56,685 nucleotides of DNA, from sequence record SRR22947727_3604; one strand, given 5' to 3'. How positions within the stretch are numbered: position 1 is the stretch's first letter; each line of letters starts with the position of its first letter. The notes beneath the pieces were generated by a model, which was given only the letters and a program-made list of their open reading frames with translations, made no database searches and was not told the DNA's origin. The position numbers and the translations under genes are program-made. This document shows, in pieces, positions 11,401-20,335 of this stretch.

Positions 11401-11583
11401 AGTTTCTAAGGGGGAGTAGCCTGGCGCCGAGGTATTGATTTGCACTTGAATATTTGTAATATCCGGTACAGCATCAATCGGCAATTTTTGATAATTAAAA
11501 ATACCAAGTACGGCCATTCCTATTGCGATGAGCATAATTAACCAGCGTTGATTAATAGCAAAATGAATTAGCTTTTCAAACAT
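8455..11583 (-). CDS. czcA: CzcA/CusA-family heavy-metal RND efflux permease
   Basis: LPIDAVPDITNIQVQINT, DFGIIIDGAVVIVEN, EIQRPLATVVIGG. Confidence 0.92.
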   Translation of the reverse strand: MFEKLIHFAINQRWLIMLIAIGMAVLGIFNYQKLPIDAVPDITNIQVQINTSAPGYSPLETEQRVTYPIETAMAGLPKLEQTRSISRYGLSQVTIVFKEGTDIYFARQLVNERIQQVKQSLPIGIIPEMGPASTGLGEIFMWTVEAEEGALKTDNTPYTLMDLREVQDWIIKPQLRNVPGVNEINTVGGYVKQYQVAPYIDRLVSRGLSLKDLVLALENNNANIGAGYIEKSGEQYLIRVPGQVSNLADIGNIVLETKAGVPLRIKDVAEVMIGSESRNGAATENGQEVVLGTVFMLVGENSREVSIAVEKQLKKINQTLPAGVITRTMYDRTILINKAINTVKTNLLEGAILVVAILFIFLGNIRAAIITMLVIPLTMLFTFTGMAAGKVSANLMSLGAIDFGIIIDGAVVIVENCMRRLANAQNSAGRLLTRSERFNEVFTSAKEVRKPLIYGQLIIIAVYLPIFSLTGVEGKMFHPMAFTVVFALISAMILSVTFIPAAVALIVTGKVEEKEQTLIVLAKQRYLPLLRWAILNKVLVLTIAVVSVALSGLLASRMGSEFVPSLDEGDIALHALRIPGTSLTQAVTMQRELESTVKEFPQVDRVFAKLGTAEIATDPMPPNVADNFIMLKPKSEWPDPNLSKNSLIAQMQKALKNVPGNNYEFTQPMEMRFNELISGIRSDVAVKVFGDDIQVMNSTAEDISHVLAGIQGGEDVKVEQTTGLPILTVNIDRQKVARLGVNLADVQEVIAIAMNGYETGTLFQGDRRFQIVVRLAEEARVNMDTLKRLPIKVTNNAEAPVYLQLGEVASIDISQGINQFSRENGKRNVVITANVRERDIGSYVAEAQQRIQQEVNIPAGYWINWGGTFEQLQKASDRLKIVVPMVLLLVFILLYAMFNNLKDGLIVFTGIPFALTGGVLMLWLRDIPLSISAGVGLIALSGIAVLNGLVMISFIRQLLAEGKSLETAIEEGSLSRLRAILITAMVASLGFIPMAIATGVGAEIQRPLATVVIGGVWSSTLLTLLVLPVLYRLAYEGRKPYE

Positions 11584-11633
11584 GGCAGGACTCCTTAATT
11601 TTGGTGCCGCATTTTTGAGGCAACATGATATTT

Positions 11634-13238
11634 TTAATGATCATGAGTGGCTCCAGCTTTACCAATATCTGCTTTAATTAAGAAGCTATTCCCTGCTGCA
11701 TATTTTTCTCCGGCCTGAATGCCCTCTAATACTTCGACATAGCTGTTATCGCGACGACCAAGCACTAAAGGCCTTGCTTCAAAGTACCCCCCATAGCGAC
11801 CAAAAACTACCGTCCAATCTCGTAAGGTCTGTATCCCTTCTAGCGACACAGCCAATGGCACTATAACTTCATCGGTGGTTAAATTAATATCCACAGGTAA
11901 GCCAGGTAACCAAGTCCTATTTTTATTATCGATTACCACACGTGCCATTGCAGTTCTGGATTGTGACCCTACTAGTGGGCTCACATAAGCAACAACACCA
12001 GTAGCATCTGCTGCAAATGAAGTCGCATTAATCGAAACTTTTTGACCAACTTTAACGATATTAATATCTTTAGCATATATCATCATTTCTACCCAGACGG
12101 TTGAGAGATCAGAAATTTCATAAAGGATTTCTCTTTCACTAACTACTTGGCCTTCACTGATTTTCTTATTGGTAACTATGCCGTCAATTGGCGAGCGTAT
12201 TTCGTAGTGTGCTAGATTTTGGCTATTAGCGCTGGCACCGATAACGGCAAGTCTTTGCAATAATTGTTGGGTGTTAATTTTTTCTTGATGTAAATCGTTT
12301 TCCGCTTTTAAATAATCCTGCTTAGCAGAAATTTTTTCTTCCCAAAGCTGCTTCTCTCGTTCATAAGTCAACTCAGCAAAGTGCATACGCTTTTGCGCTG
12401 CCAATAATTCGCTACGCATATCAGCAATTTCTTGACTAGAGATGCGTGCCAATACATCCCCTTTCCGAACTTTGTCACCAGCGTTAACATTTACCGATTC
12501 AACAAAACCACTCACACGTGACAAAGCTTGCACACTTTTATCTGCATTGCGCTTAATTTCTCCCTGAAGGGTCAGCACAGACTTAATGCTTGCAGGCCCA
12601 ACCGTGAGTACCTCAATGTTATTGTCTAGAAGCTGCTTATCGTTAAGTTGCACTCTCGCCTCGAATTGATCGTAAGAAAATTGATAGGTTTTATTATTAT
12701 GAAGGGCCGCAATGCTTACGCTAAAAGAATGCGGTTCTTCAACGACGACATCACTTTTGAGATAGTCATTTTCTTTCAGAAACTGAAGTATCTGGGGATT
12801 TTTACCTAATCGCTTTAATTGCACTGTGACCGTTGAAGTTTCAGGATTTAATGCTTTGCCATTTTGATAAGTATAAATCCTAAGTTCTGGTGGTACGTTT
12901 TGCTCAAAGATGGTCACTTCTAGACTGTACTCATCTTGTGTAAAGAGCTTACCACCATGTGGGCCCTTTAAAATTTCTTGGGATATACCACCATTTGCAT
13001 GCTCGTCATGTGGCGCACTTTCTTTAGCGAGTAAATGGTCTTTTTCGTGATCATGTTCTTGTTCGCCGTGCTGGGGTCTAGTGCTTGCTTTTGAAGGCAT
13101 CGATTCTTCCGTATGATTGAGTTCTTGATGCGTGTCTTGATGTTGTTCAGTGTTTAGTATGAGTATAGCCAGGATTAAGCCTATGGCGATGACAGCTAGA
13201 ATGATTGCAGCTTGTTTGTTTTTTTTAAAAAATAACAT
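11634..13238 (-). CDS. czcB: CzcB-family periplasmic adaptor with His-rich N-terminal region
   Basis: N-terminal anchor, His-rich segment, GPHGG, C-terminal GNSFLIKADIGKAGATHDH. Confidence 0.88.
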   Translation of the reverse strand: MLFFKKNKQAAIILAVIAIGLILAILILNTEQHQDTHQELNHTEESMPSKASTRPQHGEQEHDHEKDHLLAKESAPHDEHANGGISQEILKGPHGGKLFTQDEYSLEVTIFEQNVPPELRIYTYQNGKALNPETSTVTVQLKRLGKNPQILQFLKENDYLKSDVVVEEPHSFSVSIAALHNNKTYQFSYDQFEARVQLNDKQLLDNNIEVLTVGPASIKSVLTLQGEIKRNADKSVQALSRVSGFVESVNVNAGDKVRKGDVLARISSQEIADMRSELLAAQKRMHFAELTYEREKQLWEEKISAKQDYLKAENDLHQEKINTQQLLQRLAVIGASANSQNLAHYEIRSPIDGIVTNKKISEGQVVSEREILYEISDLSTVWVEMMIYAKDINIVKVGQKVSINATSFAADATGVVAYVSPLVGSQSRTAMARVVIDNKNRTWLPGLPVDINLTTDEVIVPLAVSLEGIQTLRDWTVVFGRYGGYFEARPLVLGRRDNSYVEVLEGIQAGEKYAAGNSFLIKADIGKAGATHDH

Positions 13239-13241
13239 GAT

Positions 13242-14516
13242 TTACTCCTTTTCCTGTTGGGCCGGATGTGTCACTACATGACCTAAAATACTTTCTATTT
13301 CTGCGATTGCTTGATGTGCATCTAACAACACTTGAATGTATTGGGATTTAGCTTGAAACAATGTGCGCTGAGCATCAAGCACATCTAAGAAATTAAATTT
13401 ACCGGCGTTAAACCCTTTGTTCGCAGCTTCAAATGCATTTTGAGCACCAGGCAATATTTCTTCACTTAATGATATAGCGCTAAGTCTTGCAACACTGAGG
13501 CGCTCATGCTCTCCAGCCAACTTAGTGGCGAGTTGATTTTTTAATGCAATCAATTCATCTTGAGCTTTATATTGAAGACTAACAGCTTCTTGAACGTTGC
13601 CTTGGTTGTGATCAAATAGTGGGATTGGGACTGATAATCCGATTAATGCTTGATTTAAGCCAAGCTCATTATTATGGACTATACCAGCACTGATTGTAAT
13701 ATTGGGTGTCGATTGGCTACGTGCCAATTTAGTCGAGCCACCACGGGCACTAACTTCTAAATTCGCAATCCCAATTGCTGGAGCGTTTTCTAATAAGGCT
13801 AACAAATTTTCGAAGCTTGGGACTAGTGGGATATTTTCCACATCACCGTAAGCTTGTTCAAACACAGGGAATGGATTACCCCATAGCGCACTAAGTCGTT
13901 TACGCGAACTATTCAGTTGACTATTTGCTTGGTTAAGCTCTATTTTTGCGGTAAATGCTGCAATGTTAGATTTTGTTTCCTCAACTGGCGAACTCTTGCC
14001 AGCGTTAACCCGCTTAGTGGCAGCATTAACAGCTGCATTAGCGACCTCAAATGAGGACTTGCTCAGAGCCAAACGCTCTTGCGCCACCAACACTTCATAA
14101 AAGGCATTGACCGTATTTGCATGAATCGTGGCTTTCAAAGCATCTAATTCTGCCGTCGCTTTTGTATACAAGATATCTGCAAGAGCTAACCGTGATTCAC
14201 GTTTATTACCTAATTCAATTTCTTGATTAAACTGAAGCGTTATTTGTCGGGTATCTCTTCGTGTATCTTGGATTTCAGAGGAAATATAAGGATTATGCCG
14301 CACACCAGCCTGTATTCTTGCTCCTTCAGTCGCTTCTTTCTCTCGCATAGCGACTGAAATTTCTGGATTAGCACCCATCGCCAATCCAAGGGCAACCTCT
14401 AATATTAATAGTTTGGGTGGCTCTGTTAACTCCGCACCTCTTGAAGAATGACTGAATATAATCAGCAATAGTGCAGCACTAAATTGCTTTAAAAAACACT
14501 TACATATAAATGGCAT
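13242..14516 (-). CDS. czcC: CzcC/TolC-family outer-membrane factor
   Basis: Signal peptide, LSVPIPLFDHNQG, FLDVLDAQRTLF; AGGAG RBS. Confidence 0.88.
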   Translation of the reverse strand: MPFICKCFLKQFSAALLLIIFSHSSRGAELTEPPKLLILEVALGLAMGANPEISVAMREKEATEGARIQAGVRHNPYISSEIQDTRRDTRQITLQFNQEIELGNKRESRLALADILYTKATAELDALKATIHANTVNAFYEVLVAQERLALSKSSFEVANAAVNAATKRVNAGKSSPVEETKSNIAAFTAKIELNQANSQLNSSRKRLSALWGNPFPVFEQAYGDVENIPLVPSFENLLALLENAPAIGIANLEVSARGGSTKLARSQSTPNITISAGIVHNNELGLNQALIGLSVPIPLFDHNQGNVQEAVSLQYKAQDELIALKNQLATKLAGEHERLSVARLSAISLSEEILPGAQNAFEAANKGFNAGKFNFLDVLDAQRTLFQAKSQYIQVLLDAHQAIAEIESILGHVVTHPAQQEKE

Positions 14517-14583
14517 GGTACTCTCCTAAATCTTAAATAAACTCCCTAACTGTCAGGTAGCAAATGCTACAGACAAATTTAAT

Positions 14584-14991
14584 TTAAAATGTTGGAGGTG
14601 CGCGCGAGGCAGGTAGCCGTTGTTTGAGAGAATTTTTAGGCGTTAAGAGAAATGCATATTTGAGTCTGTGGTTCGACTGTAATGCTAGGACAAAAAGTGA
14701 AATTAATAAAGCAGTAAGAATGGGGCCACTAAATAACAGAGCATCAATACCTTCCCGAACGCTTAAATCGACTGAGATAATGTGTGAGGCATGTGGCGTA
14801 TTAGATAAGAGAATGCTCGAAGAATTCTCTGTACTGAAAACCTCCTCGTGCTCATTCACAAAATGGAATCCATTGCCATGTATAGCATAGCCATCATCAA
14901 TATGGGCATGAAGGAATGGCTGGAGTACTAACAAAATTGCTAAGAAAAAAGCTACGCGTGCCGCAAACCATTTTATGATATATACATACAT
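14584..14991 (-). CDS. His-rich exported or membrane leader protein with C-terminal RAPP motif (CzcI/DUF2946-like position)
   Basis: Signal-like N-terminus followed by HAH, a second hydrophobic segment and a ...RLPASRAPPTF* end, directly upstream of czcC. Confidence 0.7.
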   Translation of the reverse strand: MYVYIIKWFAARVAFFLAILLVLQPFLHAHIDDGYAIHGNGFHFVNEHEEVFSTENSSSILLSNTPHASHIISVDLSVREGIDALLFSGPILTALLISLFVLALQSNHRLKYAFLLTPKNSLKQRLPASRAPPTF

Positions 14992-15085
14992 ATTCTTATA
15001 GTATCAAATTTAAAGATTGTAGTTGTTATTTATTTTCGTAAAGCGCATTAAAATTCGTAAAAATTAAAGTTATTACCTAGAATTT

Positions 15086-15343
15086 TTGAAAGAATTGCTG
15101 CAACAGCAGATACAAAGGCAAGCGAATGCAGATCAACAAAGCAGACAGCTCGCGGCAGCCATGAAAACCCAACAACAAAGATCAAACGCTAATAGCGCCG
15201 AGGCTTTACAAGCTATTTTTTTCCTACTACAGGTAGGGTTAACTTTATATTCTTTAGGTGCATTTACACCCGGATCAGGACCATCCTCTGCTTTTATACC
15301 ACAGCCTGACCCTTGGTTTGACCCCAATTTTGTTGGATTTTGA
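15086..15343 (+). CDS. hypothetical protein, possibly a 5'-truncated remnant
   Basis: TTG start with no clear RBS. Gln-rich coiled stretch plus a hydrophobic segment, at the cargo/core junction. Confidence 0.35.
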   Translation: MKELLQQQIQRQANADQQSRQLAAAMKTQQQRSNANSAEALQAIFFLLQVGLTLYSLGAFTPGSGPSSAFIPQPDPWFDPNFVGF

Positions 15344-15349
15344 TATCTG

Positions 15350-15577
15350 TTATTCCATACAGTCTCTTTCCTGACCTGTAAGTCTTTCCCAGTCTCCAGT
15401 GGTCACCGTCACTTCATTAATACATTTCTTTAGAGTCTGAAACTCTATGTCATTCGGATTGTTAAAGACATCTTTAGCCTTACCGACTTTATACCTTATT
15501 GATGTATACCATTCGTTACCAATTCTCTCGAATTTTATTGGGCTTGGGTGCTTCTCAAATTGTGTTTTCTGTTTCAT
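15350..15577 (-). CDS. hypothetical protein of the element core
   Basis: ATGA overlap with the upstream ORF and an AGGAG RBS. Confidence 0.6.
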   Translation of the reverse strand: MKQKTQFEKHPSPIKFERIGNEWYTSIRYKVGKAKDVFNNPNDIEFQTLKKCINEVTVTTGDWERLTGQERDCME

Positions 15578-15834
15578 ATCTTTTCTCCTTGTATTAATAT
15601 TTTTCTTCCTCGTAACTTGCGTTTAAGGAATCCTAGTTTGTTACCTATGAAGGTAAGCATTCTTATTCTCCTTCTAGTCTCGAATACAGATTTTGTATAG
15701 TCCCCATTTTTGTAATTGGGTGCTTCCTTACCATATTTAATCCTTCTTGCTCCGTGATACCGACAAGTTTTACACCCATAAGCACCATGATTCTTACATT
15801 GTTCTCCATTTTTCTTTATCTGTTTACATTGCAT
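15574..15834 (-). CDS. small Cys/His zinc-finger-like protein (HGGxSTG-domain-like)
   Basis: QC..KKNGEQCKN.....CKTCRYHGA pattern, then NYKNGDYTK. Confidence 0.6.
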   Translation of the reverse strand: MQCKQIKKNGEQCKNHGAYGCKTCRYHGARRIKYGKEAPNYKNGDYTKSVFETRRRIRMLTFIGNKLGFLKRKLRGRKILIQGEKI

Positions 15835-15989
15835 ATTTGGGGGTCTTGATGCCTATATTATTCATTAACCATTTACCTATAGAAGAAGTTGGAACATTGG
15901 ATACTAAATACCAAACGATACTATTAGTTCTTTTTAGGAAATTGAATACTACTAATACCAAAACCCTATATAAAGGGTTGGTATAGTTT

Positions 15990-17885
15990 CTAGTTTGGGT
16001 TGTTATGAACAAACTCAACTCCCTTTGAATCAATACCTTTCTTTAAACAATGGTAAGGACTTCCTGTTAAATCACTAATCAGTCTTCTTGCTTCTGTTGT
16101 AATCTTATGGCTTTGATTAACCAACTTCTTCCCATCTGCATCATCACCTTTCAGCAACTCTGCAATTTCTTTATGTAAAGTGTCTAAGTTGATATAGGGA
16201 ATCATTGGACCATCAACACCACTAGTCTCAAACTTAAACTTGAATAAGAAGTTGTTAATATGGTCTAGCACCTTGAGTTGTAATTTACCTTTTGGATACT
16301 TCCGTTTATCAGTACCTTTTGCAGTAGAGGTTATGACTAGAGTCTCATCATCATCTTCTCCAACAAGATCTGTTCTGTATCCATAGTTAATATTATCTTT
16401 AGCACCTTTAACTTTCTCTATCTTAATATCATGATTGTTGTGAACTGAAATACGAGTATCTAGAGAAGCATTTAATACCGAGGAACCTCTACTTCCTTTT
16501 GCCTTATCCTTCCCTATGTGATGCACATAAATAACGAAAGAATTAAGTGTCTTTGACATATGTTTAAAGTAACCAGTTGCAAGTCCCATATCTTTAGCAC
16601 CATTTTCGTCCATGCCCTCTATGAGATATTGCAAAGTATCAAAGATTATTACTCCGTCAGAAAACCCTTGTTTCTTACAATCCCCTATAAACTTATTAAT
16701 GCCTTTCATCCCTCTATCTAAAAAACCAAGACTGGTATCTTCAGGTAACAAAATTACATTAGCTTCTACACCATGATATTTTTCCCAACCCTTAATTCTT
16801 AAATTAATACCACTCCAATCTTCAAGAGGGACATATAGAACTGGTTTCATACCTCTAGTCTCATGACCAAAGAAATCCATTCCTCTTGATATACGACAAG
16901 CTAAATCAATAGCTACAAAACTCTTCCCATTTCTCTCTTGACCAATAATAGAACCAATGCCTTTATGTCTAAAGAGCCTATCTATATACCAATCTACGGA
17001 GGGGAGATTTTCTCTATCTTCACGCCCTAAAAACTTAAACTCAATATCCTCAGCTTCACTAGCAATAACAGTCTCTTCAGCAGTGAATGGATTATCAGAA
17101 TGATATTTAGAGTATATGTTTTCAACTTCATCAATAACTTCTTTATCAACTCTAGGAGGTATGCATTTTGTATTCCAACCAAGCATGAGTTGAATAACAT
17201 CCTGTAAAGACATTCCTTTGTTAAACAACATACCACTGATACGGATGCAGTCATTATGACGAGTCCCCTCAACTGAACCTTTCAATAATTCGTTTATAGG
17301 TTGTTTAGCTAACTGGTTACCACTTGAGTATTCAGTATTTTCTCTTTTATGGGTATCAGGTATTAAAGGCATACCCTCTAGTGCATGAAAATATGCGTCA
17401 TTTTCTCTACTTGGTGGGCAAGAGAAGTCATAGAAAAACCTACCTACATCTTTAGCAGACATGTCTAGAATTCCTTTCTCTTTCAGCTCAGATAATATTG
17501 GATTGCTATGAACTAGGTTTATAAATCCATCTTCATAATCTTCTGGTTTAATTGTTGATTCAGATTTAATAAAGGCTCTATAACAATACTTCTCATGTCT
17601 TGGGTCATGACTAAAGGTGGTGTTAATGTAACCCTGATAACCCTGTAAGGCTTCTACAAGCATAGGTAATACATCAGTTGGACTCTTATCTATATCTAGA
17701 ACAACGCCATACATTTCCTCTATGTTTTCTTTCTTTCTATAATTGTCTTTTGCCTTTGCATAGAGTGTTCCACTTGCATCTTCTTTTCTTTGGACAACCT
17801 GAAGTATTGGCGATAGCAACTCATCTAAACTAGGATACCAAGCCCTTCCTTGTGGTTTCATTCCATCTACCTTTGTTAACTGCAT
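15990..17885 (-). CDS. primase-helicase replication protein (primase-like domain, PriCT-like domain, RecA-type AAA_25)
   Basis: VVLDID and TTFSH in the N-domain, EGTRHND...WNTKCIPP (PriCT-like), GQERNGKS Walker A, IIFDT, VHHIGK..RGSS. Confidence 0.8.
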   Translation of the reverse strand: MQLTKVDGMKPQGRAWYPSLDELLSPILQVVQRKEDASGTLYAKAKDNYRKKENIEEMYGVVLDIDKSPTDVLPMLVEALQGYQGYINTTFSHDPRHEKYCYRAFIKSESTIKPEDYEDGFINLVHSNPILSELKEKGILDMSAKDVGRFFYDFSCPPSRENDAYFHALEGMPLIPDTHKRENTEYSSGNQLAKQPINELLKGSVEGTRHNDCIRISGMLFNKGMSLQDVIQLMLGWNTKCIPPRVDKEVIDEVENIYSKYHSDNPFTAEETVIASEAEDIEFKFLGREDRENLPSVDWYIDRLFRHKGIGSIIGQERNGKSFVAIDLACRISRGMDFFGHETRGMKPVLYVPLEDWSGINLRIKGWEKYHGVEANVILLPEDTSLGFLDRGMKGINKFIGDCKKQGFSDGVIIFDTLQYLIEGMDENGAKDMGLATGYFKHMSKTLNSFVIYVHHIGKDKAKGSRGSSVLNASLDTRISVHNNHDIKIEKVKGAKDNINYGYRTDLVGEDDDETLVITSTAKGTDKRKYPKGKLQLKVLDHINNFLFKFKFETSGVDGPMIPYINLDTLHKEIAELLKGDDADGKKLVNQSHKITTEARRLISDLTGSPYHCLKKGIDSKGVEFVHNNPN

Positions 17886-17913
17886 AATGGGTTACTCCTT
17901 ATTGATTAGGTTT

Positions 17914-18150
17914 TTAGCTTTCATCATTTCTATTTACCCAATCATCTAAATCAGACTTTCTCCAAACCGAGATTCTTTCCGATATCTTTCTACCTGATGG
18001 AAAATCATCTTTATTATGTTTTGATTTATCCCAAACAGTTGATAGACCCATACTCAAATATTTTGCAACTTCATCTGCTCTGTAATAACAATCTTCCATT
18101 TGTTTTGTTACTTTAGTTCTAGGCTTTCTCTCTTCCATTGTTAACTCCAA
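17914..18150 (-). CDS. alpA: AlpA-family regulator/excisionase
   Basis: YRADEVAKYLSMGLSTVW...FPSGRKISERISVWRKSDLDDWV; TTG start. Confidence 0.85.
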   Translation of the reverse strand: MELTMEERKPRTKVTKQMEDCYYRADEVAKYLSMGLSTVWDKSKHNKDDFPSGRKISERISVWRKSDLDDWVNRNDES

Positions 18151-18259
18151 ATTGTTTATAAAATTACTTGACCAAACACAATCAGAGAATAAAATTAATT
18201 AAGTACTAACTGATATGTATTGGCTATTCTTGTAATGATTTTATCAATGAGAAATAGCT

Positions 18260-18964
18260 ATGTTGGTAGTTAGGAATCTTTATGAATACCAAAAAAATAT
18301 GATTAAATTTATTACATCAAGTGAAGACTATTTGAATGAATGGTATAACACTAGAGCATGGGGAATACTCTCTTTAAGAAGGTTTAGAGAGTCCATAGAT
18401 ACTAGCATTAATGAGATTCAAGACCATGAAATTATTGAAGCAGTTAGGGTGTATGACTCACTTCGCAACCTCCAAACACCTAATGGTACTACTCCAAAAG
18501 ATATTCAAACATTACTTAAGTTTAAGAAGTCTATGATAGAAAAAGGTATGCCTGAAAGAATTCCACCAGAACTCCACAGTTTTTTAAATCATGCAGAAGA
18601 AGAAATAATAAAGGGTAAAAGTCCTGATGTAGCTTACAAATATAAAGGTGAAGTTTCAGGGGGAAGTGGTCTTGATGAAACTAATCCACCAAAGTATATA
18701 TTTCAAATAACAGATGGGTTATTAAACTCTGATGGAGCTAGCCTTCACAAAGTTTCAAAGGTAGTGGAAATCAATGAATATCAAGTTACTAAATTAACTG
18801 CCCAACAAATGCGAAAACAGTTCAGAGAAAAAGAAATGTGGCGACTACAAGGCTATGTAAATTGGCGTATGGAGAAACAAATAAAGAATAAAACAAATGA
18901 TATAAAGTGGACTAAAGGGCAGATTAAAAACCTCAAAAGGTATTGGGGTATAGAAGTTAAATAA
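18260..18964 (+). CDS. hypothetical protein
   Basis: 234-aa ORF filling the gap between alpA and the integrase; no motif recognised. Confidence 0.65.
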   Translation: MLVVRNLYEYQKNMIKFITSSEDYLNEWYNTRAWGILSLRRFRESIDTSINEIQDHEIIEAVRVYDSLRNLQTPNGTTPKDIQTLLKFKKSMIEKGMPERIPPELHSFLNHAEEEIIKGKSPDVAYKYKGEVSGGSGLDETNPPKYIFQITDGLLNSDGASLHKVSKVVEINEYQVTKLTAQQMRKQFREKEMWRLQGYVNWRMEKQIKNKTNDIKWTKGQIKNLKRYWGIEVK

Positions 18965-18967
18965 TTA

Positions 18968-20173
18968 TTATTGCTTATCGCACCAATCTTCATAGGCTTG
19001 GACAATCTTTCTTCTATCTTCTAAATAATCTTCTTTACCCATATAAACTTTTCTAATATCAGTTGAAGTAAAGGCATGGGTTAATTGTGATTCTATCTTC
19101 TCAATCTCAAATTTATTCATCTTGGATACGACTATATTAAAGAGTGTTCTAAATCCATGCACCGTTGTCTTATCACCCGTTAATCTTTGCAAACATAATC
19201 TAGCAGTTGCGTCTGATATCGGCTTACCTTTATTACCCTCAAAGATATAGTCTTTACTCTTACCGTTAAGAAAAGTCTTTAAGGCATTCAGTTTTACTAT
19301 AGCTTGGGTGGGGAGGGGGCATCTAAAGCTCACTCTACCTTTCATATGCAAACTAGGTATATGCAATGTATTAGTCTTGCTATCAAGCCATGACCATTTG
19401 GCATTAGCTAGAGACCCAGTTCTTAAGCCAGTTACCATAACAACATATAAGAATGTTTGAATAATTAAACTTGATTTCCTATCTTTATCTAACGCATTAA
19501 GGAACTCACCTACTCTATGTTCTGCAAGGTGAGAGAAGTGGTTTGTTTTGGGTGGGGCAATTAAGCTATTACCTTTTAGTTCAAGGGTAGGGTTAGCCCC
19601 CTTAAACATTCTTTTCTCTTTCATATGGATAAAGATTTGATTTACTAGGCTCTTAACTTTCATAGCTGAACTAGGTGCTTTGCTATGTACCTTTTCTAAT
19701 ACTGATAATAGGATTTCATCATTTACATCTATTAATGGAAGTTTGCCTAATGAAGCTTTCAGGTACTTCTCATAAAATTCTTTTGTACGCTTAATAGTCT
19801 TATCAGATAGGTTAGGGACTACCTTTTTAGTAAGGTAGATGTTGTAAGCTTTATCAAAGGTAAGATCTGTTTGATTGGTGATACTATTTTTGTCTTTCAG
19901 TTTAGCAATCATTGGGTCTATGCCTTGTTCCCATAGCTTCTTGTATAAGTCCCTAGATTGTCTAGCTTCTGCTAAAGATACAGTAGGGTAGCTTCCAACA
20001 CCTCTAGCGTATCCCTTTCCGTCTTTATACAATCTAACTATCCAAGCCTTTCTACCATCTGCATATCTACGGTGGAGTAAATTACCGCCATCACTAAAAT
20101 CCTTATGAAGCTTCCCCTTTGGACAAGTGGCGTTCTTTACAGTAAGATTATTAAGTAGGTTCTGTTTAGCCAT
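18968..20173 (-). CDS. P4-family tyrosine integrase with arm-DNA-binding N-domain
   Basis: DGGNL...GSYPTVSLAEAR. Catalytic R (GLRTG), K (MKGR), HGFR, H (LTHA) and Y (KVYM) are all present. Confidence 0.93.
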   Translation of the reverse strand: MAKQNLLNNLTVKNATCPKGKLHKDFSDGGNLLHRRYADGRKAWIVRLYKDGKGYARGVGSYPTVSLAEARQSRDLYKKLWEQGIDPMIAKLKDKNSITNQTDLTFDKAYNIYLTKKVVPNLSDKTIKRTKEFYEKYLKASLGKLPLIDVNDEILLSVLEKVHSKAPSSAMKVKSLVNQIFIHMKEKRMFKGANPTLELKGNSLIAPPKTNHFSHLAEHRVGEFLNALDKDRKSSLIIQTFLYVVMVTGLRTGSLANAKWSWLDSKTNTLHIPSLHMKGRVSFRCPLPTQAIVKLNALKTFLNGKSKDYIFEGNKGKPISDATARLCLQRLTGDKTTVHGFRTLFNIVVSKMNKFEIEKIESQLTHAFTSTDIRKVYMGKEDYLEDRRKIVQAYEDWCDKQ

Positions 20174-20175
20174 AT

Positions 20176-20218
20176 TGATATACGGTTTCCAGTTTGATAT
20201 ACGTTTCGATATACGGTT
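20176..20218 (+). repeat. three YGATATACGKTT copies, putative integrase arm-type sites
   Basis: Copies at 20176-20187, 20195-20206 and 20207-20218. Confidence 0.8.
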
Positions 20219-20220
20219 AT

Positions 20221-20260
20221 GTGTTAGATTATACTAGACTATGTCAGACTATACAAGACA
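20221..20260 (+). repeat. 10-bp-period repeats, putative AlpA/Xis binding sites
   Basis: gtgttagatt / atactagact / atgtcagact / atacaagaca. Confidence 0.55.
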
Positions 20261-20335
20261 GAGAAGTAATGTTAACAGGCGTTAGAAAGGGCTTTACTAG
20301 ATGTTGTTAGACTGTATTAAGTTTGACTTCGGAGT

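Noticed and set aside
15747-16033. Two short overlapping ORFs after the primase
   Set aside because: They overlap neighbouring genes and span a repeat/hairpin gap better explained as a cis element
8141-20260. CRISPR array
   Set aside because: Repeats are 10-12 bp with no spacers, and no cas genes are present
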